Shown here piece after piece: positions 58,585 through 64,000 of a stretch of DNA of 64,000 nucleotides (its first letter is position 1; each line of letters opens with the position of its first letter). The notes beneath the pieces are model-generated. The model did not search any database, had not been told where the DNA came from, and saw only the letters and a program-made list of their open reading frames with translations. Source of the DNA: Gammaproteobacteria bacterium (GTDB lineage Bacteria; Pseudomonadota; Gammaproteobacteria; Eutrophobiales; Eutrophobiaceae); the NCBI GenBank assembly GCA_965116495.1, contig OZ220696.1, positions 1,536,001-1,600,000 on the forward strand, given 5' to 3'. Both the position numbers and the translations under genes were made by a program.

Positions 58585-58662
58585 CCTGCAACCATTCTCA
58601 AATCAATAACAGAGGTAACTTGCCTGCAAACAGAGTAAAACATTCTGACCCAGGTAGATTAC

Positions 58663-58767
58663 ATGACCGCACGTATCATTTATGATGATATTGCCGACTA
58701 CCTGACCGACGGCTACTGGGAGTGGCGAGGGGAGGCACGGCGCGCTGACCCCCCCCCGGTAACCTGA
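58663..58767 (+). pseudogene. Remnant of a further M10-RTX paralog
   Basis: IYDDIADYLTDGYWEWRG matches SYDEIAGYLTDGYWG (B) and SYDEIAEFLTDGFQEEW (A). Confidence 0.7.
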
Positions 58768-58896
58768 TCCACCTGCAACTTAGAAAATTCCCTATAATCA
58801 ACAGTCGATCAATCTTATGGAACAATAATTAACGTGATAACTGTTTTATTATATAATTGTTTTTATATTTATAATCAATAAGCTATGAATAATATC

Positions 58897-58987
58897 TGGC
58901 GGAGAGAGAGGGATTCGAACCCTCGATACGCTATTAACGTATACACACTTTCCAGGCGTGCGCCTTAAGCCACTCGGCCATCTCTCC
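58897..58987 (-). tRNA. tRNA-Ser(GGA)
   Basis: GGAGAGATGGCCGAGTGG..CTGGAAA anticodon loop, long variable arm, GGTTCGAATCC, 3' GCCA. Confidence 0.97.
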
Positions 58988-59070
58988 TGATGAGGGGCTA
59001 TATATGTATGATACGACATAAACGCAGGAAAAAGGTACAAATCCGGAGTTTCCCTGACAATATCGCAGCA

Positions 59071-60402
59071 TCATCCCAACTCCTTGAAATAACGCCGCAT
59101 CTCTTCCACAACCCTCGGGGCGAGCAGTGTTGTCGCAGTGAGTGTCGGAATAACCATCAATGCAAAAGCCGTATCGATAATATTTACCGCGGTAGCCTGG
59201 TTCCAGTTCGCCGCAACAGGTATCAGCAACAAATAAATATATACATACTGGCTCCCAACCCGCTTGCCGAACAGGTAGCGCGCACATTTCACACTGTAAT
59301 AGGAATAACTGATCATGGTGGAAACGGCGAACAGGGAAAACGTGATGAGCAGAACAACACTGCCCAGGTAAGGCATGGTCTGTTCAAAGGCATCGGCCGT
59401 CATCGCAACGCCATTGCCCGACGGTGTGACACCGGCGCTGAGTATCACCAATGCGGTGAGGGTACAGACAATTATCGTATCGATAAACGGACCTGTCATA
59501 GCGACCATTCCTTCGCGGATCGGCTCCCTGGTCTGCGCGGCGCCATGGGCCAGGGCTTCGGTTCCGATGCCTGCCTCGTTGGAGAAAACAGCGCGCTTGA
59601 CCCCGGTCACCAGTACCTCCTTGAATGTGAGCCCTATTGCTCCGCCCAGTATTGCCTGCCCGCCAAATGCCGCCCGGAAAATATCCGCAAACAAATCCGG
59701 GATAATCTCGTAATGGGAGATAATCACCAGCATGCCCGAGATGAAATAAAGAATGAACATTGCCGGCACCAGACGGGATGTAGCCCTGCCCACCCGCCTG
59801 ATGCCGCCCAGGATCACCGCTCCCACAAAAACTGTCGCGACAAGGCCGGTAACCGTTCTATCGACTTCCCATCCAGCCTGTAACAGACCGGCCAGTTGAT
59901 TGGCCTGGAACAAGGGTAAACAGCCCGCCATGCCGCAAATCGCGAACATGAAGGCCAGGGGCCTGAATTTTGGGCCCAGTCCCATTTCAATAAAATACAT
60001 GGGGCCGCCCTGGGCAATGCCGTCTTCATCCCGCTGACGGTACATACAGGCAAGCGTACAGGTGAAGAACTTTGTACACATACCCAGCAAACCTGCCACC
60101 CACATCCAGAAAATGGCGCCCGGCCCACCCATACTAATGGCAATGGCTACTCCCGCAATATTCCCCATACCGATAGTGCCGGATAATGCCGATGACAACG
60201 CCTGAAAATGCGGGATTTCTCCGGGATCATCGGGGTTGCTGAACCTGCCCCGCAACAGGTCGAAGGTATGGCGCAAGCGCAGGAACGGCAGTAACCGGCA
60301 CAGAAAAGCGAAATACACAGCCGTGGCGGCAATCAGGCAGACCAGTGGCAGTCCCCACATAAAATCCACCGCCTGTTGCCAGAAATGATCGAAACTACTC
60401 AA
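59071..60402 (-). CDS. Alanine/glycine:cation symporter (AGCS family)
   Basis: ALSGTIGMGNIAGVA..GGPGAIFWMW; GGPMYFI; FSNEAGIGT. Confidence 0.93.
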   Translation of the reverse strand: MSSFDHFWQQAVDFMWGLPLVCLIAATAVYFAFLCRLLPFLRLRHTFDLLRGRFSNPDDPGEIPHFQALSSALSGTIGMGNIAGVAIAISMGGPGAIFWMWVAGLLGMCTKFFTCTLACMYRQRDEDGIAQGGPMYFIEMGLGPKFRPLAFMFAICGMAGCLPLFQANQLAGLLQAGWEVDRTVTGLVATVFVGAVILGGIRRVGRATSRLVPAMFILYFISGMLVIISHYEIIPDLFADIFRAAFGGQAILGGAIGLTFKEVLVTGVKRAVFSNEAGIGTEALAHGAAQTREPIREGMVAMTGPFIDTIIVCTLTALVILSAGVTPSGNGVAMTADAFEQTMPYLGSVVLLITFSLFAVSTMISYSYYSVKCARYLFGKRVGSQYVYIYLLLIPVAANWNQATAVNIIDTAFALMVIPTLTATTLLAPRVVEEMRRYFKELG

Positions 60403-60489
60403 GCCTTGGGTACCTGGAGATTAAATCCATAGCTTAAATCATACTGTACAGAAGAAAAACCTCAGACAGGATTAAGCGGTCAGCCCCAG

Positions 60490-60720
60490 GCAGCCGGAGG
60501 CGCCATGCGCCCATTGCCATCGTTGAACGGATGCACTTCTGCTATCAGAAAATGCATAAACAATGCACGCTTAATACCGGCCTTCACGCGCCGGTATAAA
60601 TCAAAACCCTGCAACAGTGTACCCTCAACCTGCTCCGGCAGGACAAAATACCTCGTTCCGGCCTGGTTGGGTACGTTTTTAAATTGACCCGGCCGTTTGT
60701 CAGGACGTTCTCTTCAGGGA
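60490..60720 (-). pseudogene. Fic-domain fragment
   Basis: ERPDKRPGQFKNVPNQAG..MHFLIAEVHPFNDGNGRMA carries the Fic motif; no start, and similarity ends right after the motif; boundaries approximate. Confidence 0.8.
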
Positions 60721-60751
60721 TGAGAGCGATTGATTTATTACTAAGGGTAGA

Positions 60752-60777
60752 TGGATTCCCACTTGCGCGGAAATAAC
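60752..60777. repeat. Degenerate CGTC-type REP unit
   Basis: TGGATTCCCACTTGCGCGGAAATAAC. Confidence 0.55.
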
Positions 60778-60799
60778 TGGATGTATAGGCTTGGCGCCG

Positions 60800-61291
60800 A
60801 TGAACTTTTTAATCTGGTTACAGGACAGTGCGCTGGGGACCTGGGTGGCGGGGTCTATCTGGGGTTATCCGATAGTACTGTCGTGTCATGCCGTGGGTAT
60901 GGCCGTCGTGGCCGGGACGGTGGTGATGCTCAATCTCCGGGTCCTCGGGTTTGCCCGCAATGTGCACGTCACATTATTCGATAAATTGTCCGTTATCACC
61001 TGGGCGGGCCTTGCCTTGAATGTTTTGACCGGGCTGGCGCTGTTCTCGGGGGATCCCGTCAAGTTTTTCTATCACCCTGTTTTCCGGATAAAGATTTCAC
61101 TTATTGCTGTTGGGATCCTGACTTTATGGTTCGTGCTTCATGCGATACGGGACTCTGCCCGGATACCGGCAGGTGCAAATGAAATGCCGGCCAGGGTGAA
61201 AGTGGCGGCCGGGTTTTCCCTGTTATTCTGGTCTTGTGCGATTATCGCGGGACGGCTCATTGCCTATGTCGAACACATAAACGGGGGCTAG
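60800..61291 (+). CDS. DUF6644-like membrane protein
   Basis: YPIVLSCHAVGMAVVAG..NLRVLG..FRIKI..GRLIAY; 4 TM segments. Confidence 0.75.
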   Translation: MNFLIWLQDSALGTWVAGSIWGYPIVLSCHAVGMAVVAGTVVMLNLRVLGFARNVHVTLFDKLSVITWAGLALNVLTGLALFSGDPVKFFYHPVFRIKISLIAVGILTLWFVLHAIRDSARIPAGANEMPARVKVAAGFSLLFWSCAIIAGRLIAYVEHINGG

Positions 61292-62908
61292 CAGTCTGTC
61301 GGACTTGGGCGCTGCGATTATCTTTGCGGACCACTTTTCAGGTCTTTTTGTCGCGGCAAGGCGCACGTGCATGTTGCCTGAACCTATACATGTACATTAT
61401 GGGGATGTACAGACCTCACCAGGCGCCTGTCCTGACCGGGTAAACACCCACTGCCCCCTGCATCAGGCCAGCTGCATGTTATGCAGGCGTTTACAGTTGT
61501 AGGCCAGGGCCAGTAACTGCCACTCACCGGTCACCTTCTCATGGCCGCGCAGGAGAAACTGCCGGAACCCCAGGGCCTGCTTCATGATACCGAACACCGG
61601 CTCCACGGTCTGCTGCCGCAACCGGTAGCTGGCCCGGTTGTCCGCCTGTGATAACTTCTCTTGCATCGCCACCAGCCAGGGCGCTTTCGCCGGCTTGGGC
61701 TTGGCCGCCTGCGCCGGGTCCGGCAACGGGCGGAAGTCATGCCGCCGGCGCCGGTCCTCCGTCCCCACCGCCACCAGCACGTCTATCTCCCGACCGGTCA
61801 GCGCAGCCACTTCTGTCTCCGTCGCATAGCCGTTGTCCGCCAACACCTGGGCAGGGGTCCCCAACGCCGCCGGCACCGAGTCAATGTCAGCGACCAATTC
61901 GTTGCGGTCGCTGGCGCATTGGCTGACCCGCGTCCCCAGCACCAACTGGCTGCCGTCCGCATCCACCACCGCCTGCGCATTGTACGCCTGCCGGTACTCA
62001 CTGCGTTTGTTCTTGCGCATCAGGGAACTGTCCGCATCCGTCAGGTTCACCTGGGTGTCCTCCGCCGGGGTGTCTTCCGGCGGCTTGATAGGGTGCCCCT
62101 TGGCCCGGCCCCGACGCTTCTCACGCGCCGCCACCTTGCGCTCGTACTCGGCCTGGTCCGCCTGCGCTTGCGCCTTGGCCTGGCGCTCCAGACGTGCGCA
62201 GGCCGCATCCAGTTGCGTCGCCAGCGCCTCCCGCCGCGCCAACGCCTTCGGCAACTGCTGCGGGTCCGCCGCGTCCTGGCTGTCCGCACGCTCCGCTTCG
62301 GCCAGCAAATCCTTGACCTCACCCCGCAACTGCTCGCGTAATTCCACCGCCCGGTCATAGCGGATACTGCGCCGCTTGCTCGCAGCCGCCTTCACCTTCG
62401 TCCCGTCCACACTCACCCGGCCCACCGTCAACAACTTCAATTCCTTCGCCAGCAATAACACCTCCACAAAACCCGCCTGTACCGCCTCAAGGTTCTCCCG
62501 CCGGAACTTGCAAATCGTGTCATGGTCCGGGTGCGTGTTCGCCGTCACGTAACGCACCCCGATATCCCGGTACGTCGCTCGCTCAATCCGGCGCGAGGAA
62601 AAAATACCGTTCGCATAACAATAAATCAGCAACGCCAGCATGATACGCGGGTGATACTGTGCCGACCCCGTGCCCCGGGTGTTCACCACAAACTGACTCA
62701 AAGGCACCCGTTCCACCGCTGCCACGACAAAATGCGCCAGGTCATCCTCGGGTAGCCACTCGCGTAAATCCGGTGGTAACAGGTAGGGTTGGTTACGGTC
62801 ACTTTGCACAAAGTTTTCCATCGAAGCAGCCTCTATCGAACAGCGTGTGGTATCATCAAATCGTGTCGTCTATTATACCTCTATCCCAGCCCTAAGTCCG
62901 ACAGACTG
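61292..62908 (-). mobile_element. IS1182-family insertion sequence
   Basis: 15-bp terminal inverted repeats CAGTCTGTCGGACTT; CTAG on both sides (61288-61291, 62909-62912); GC-rich. Confidence 0.92.
61463..62821 (-). CDS. IS1182-family transposase
   Basis: LLPPDLREWLPEDDLA, SSRRIER, PDHDTICKFR, VDGTK, ADNGY, VEPVFG..RG..KV. Confidence 0.95.
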   Translation of the reverse strand: MENFVQSDRNQPYLLPPDLREWLPEDDLAHFVVAAVERVPLSQFVVNTRGTGSAQYHPRIMLALLIYCYANGIFSSRRIERATYRDIGVRYVTANTHPDHDTICKFRRENLEAVQAGFVEVLLLAKELKLLTVGRVSVDGTKVKAAASKRRSIRYDRAVELREQLRGEVKDLLAEAERADSQDAADPQQLPKALARREALATQLDAACARLERQAKAQAQADQAEYERKVAAREKRRGRAKGHPIKPPEDTPAEDTQVNLTDADSSLMRKNKRSEYRQAYNAQAVVDADGSQLVLGTRVSQCASDRNELVADIDSVPAALGTPAQVLADNGYATETEVAALTGREIDVLVAVGTEDRRRRHDFRPLPDPAQAAKPKPAKAPWLVAMQEKLSQADNRASYRLRQQTVEPVFGIMKQALGFRQFLLRGHEKVTGEWQLLALAYNCKRLHNMQLA

Positions 62909-62916
62909 CTAGACGG

Positions 62917-63393
62917 ATGACTGATATCCTGTTCCGGATTGAAACCTCTGTGCTGGGCCAGTTGATGCGGGACAGCACCTGGCTTTTCCCCGCGGCTGAA
63001 ATTCTGCATTTCATGGGACTTTCCCTGCTCATCGGGTCGCTGCTGGTGGTGGATTGCAGGCTGCTGGGTTTCGCCCGCGGCTTCCCGACTGCCGCCGTAT
63101 ACCGTTTTTTGCCCCTGGCCCTGGCTGGTTTCAGTATTAACCTGGTTACCGGGGTCATGTTCTTTTTCAGCGATCCGTTTCGTTATTACCCTAATTTCGC
63201 CTTCCGGATGAAAATGTGTTTTATCATCCTGGCGGGACTGAACGCGTTATATTTTGCCCTGAACGCACACAGAACGGCCAATCAACCCGGTGTGGGAGAT
63301 GCAGGGGCAGCGATTAAAACAGTTGCCGGTTTGTCTTTTTTATTCTGGATAGGGGTCATCATATGCGGACGGATGATTCCTTACGTGGAATGA
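62917..63393 (+). CDS. DUF6644-like membrane protein, second copy
   Basis: FPAAEILHFMGLSLLIG..DCRLLG..FRMKM..GRMIPY. Confidence 0.78.
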   Translation: MTDILFRIETSVLGQLMRDSTWLFPAAEILHFMGLSLLIGSLLVVDCRLLGFARGFPTAAVYRFLPLALAGFSINLVTGVMFFFSDPFRYYPNFAFRMKMCFIILAGLNALYFALNAHRTANQPGVGDAGAAIKTVAGLSFLFWIGVIICGRMIPYVE

Positions 63394-63436
63394 ACCAGAC
63401 ACAGCCGGAACAACTTCAGCAATTCGTAATGCCGCC

Positions 63437-63871
63437 TCATGGACCGGCCATGCACCCCGGTTTTACCGCAACCCAGATCAGGTCGATCGGTTGATCTCCG
63501 GAATTCTGTGACTCGTGCTCCGCTTCCAGTCCAAGCCCCTCACTGCTCCAGCCAATCTCGCCATCAGGCGATACCGAAGTCTCAATTTTATCTCCAAAAC
63601 GAACCGTCCACTCACCACCCTTGACATGTATATAAAGCTGATTCGGCGGATGTCCGTGGACACCTTCCCATTGCCCGGGCGGAATGATAAATCTCTGCAC
63701 TACAACAGTGTCGTTATCAAGTAACGTCTCACCGGGGATATTGGGGTAGAACTGGTGGCAAGGGCTTGCCGGCCCACCTGCCCCGTGCGCTGCCAGCGCG
63801 ACAAGACTTAGCAGAAACAGCGACACAATTTTCTTGCCGTAACCAAGTTGTTGCAGGTTAACTCCGGGCAT
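63437..63871 (-). CDS. Exported cupin-fold protein
   Basis: Signal-like segment; PPGQWEGVHGHP..HESQN; ATG 63871 after GGAGGA. Confidence 0.7.
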   Translation of the reverse strand: MPGVNLQQLGYGKKIVSLFLLSLVALAAHGAGGPASPCHQFYPNIPGETLLDNDTVVVQRFIIPPGQWEGVHGHPPNQLYIHVKGGEWTVRFGDKIETSVSPDGEIGWSSEGLGLEAEHESQNSGDQPIDLIWVAVKPGCMAGP

Positions 63872-63917
63872 AATGTATCCTCCGATTGTTGTTTTCTGGA
63901 TATTTGAAATTGTTGCT

Positions 63918-64000
63918 TCAGTCAAACTGCAACTCGGCCAGCCGGGCATAGATCCCTTCCTTGGCCGTCAGGCTGTCATGGGTACCGCTATCCACTATCC
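63918..64000 (-). CDS. 3' end of an ABC transporter ATP-binding/permease protein (partial)
   Basis: IVDSGTHDSLTAKEGIYARLAELQFD*. Confidence 0.8.
   Translation of the reverse strand, partial: IVDSGTHDSLTAKEGIYARLAELQFD

Noticed and set aside
58897-58987. tRNA-Sec serving the selenoprotein
   Set aside because: Anticodon is GGA and the acceptor stem is 7 bp; it is an ordinary tRNA-Ser.
58849-59287. ORFs overlapping tRNA-Ser
   Set aside because: Spurious translations of the tRNA and the symporter's alternative frame.
52847-59883. Antisense ORFs of 367, 399 and 297 aa
   Set aside because: Shadows of RTX and AGCS genes caused by codon bias.
63918-64000. T1SS ABC exporter for the RTX proteins
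   Set aside because: Only 26 generic C-terminal residues are visible and no membrane fusion protein gene follows.

Overview
This 64-kb window is bacterial, most likely a marine or host-associated gammaproteobacterium (inferred from gene content). It is a mosaic accessory region. (1) 1-16 kb: a putative betaine/quaternary-amine scavenging cluster (MFS, BHMT-like methyltransferase, AraC, Na+:solute symporter, CocE/NonD lipoprotein, TonB receptor, RidA, Rieske oxygenase, dimethylglycine-dehydrogenase-like GcvT protein). Its genes are separated by GGGG(T/A)CAG-type and CGTC-type palindromic repeats. (2) Solitary AAA+ ATPase genes whose promoter geometry suggests leaderless mRNAs. (3) A type I R-M operon with an embedded DUF262/GmrSD-like gene, an orphan HigA and MazEF. 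(4) A minus-strand run (creatininase-TPR, a UGA-recoded Sec peroxiredoxin missed by the ORF track, HRI1-like, MFS, Rieske, copper oxidase). It is interrupted by a 1-kb nucleotidyltransferase/HTH cassette flanked by a 33-bp direct repeat. (5) A ~19-kb array of M10-protease/RTX giant proteins beside tRNA-Ser(GGA), two carrying an FG-GAP insert and two frameshifted. (6) An AGCS symporter, a Fic remnant, an intact IS1182-family element between two DUF6644-like genes, a cupin and the 3' end of an ABC transporter. Family names were assigned by motif recognition only; no database searches were run.
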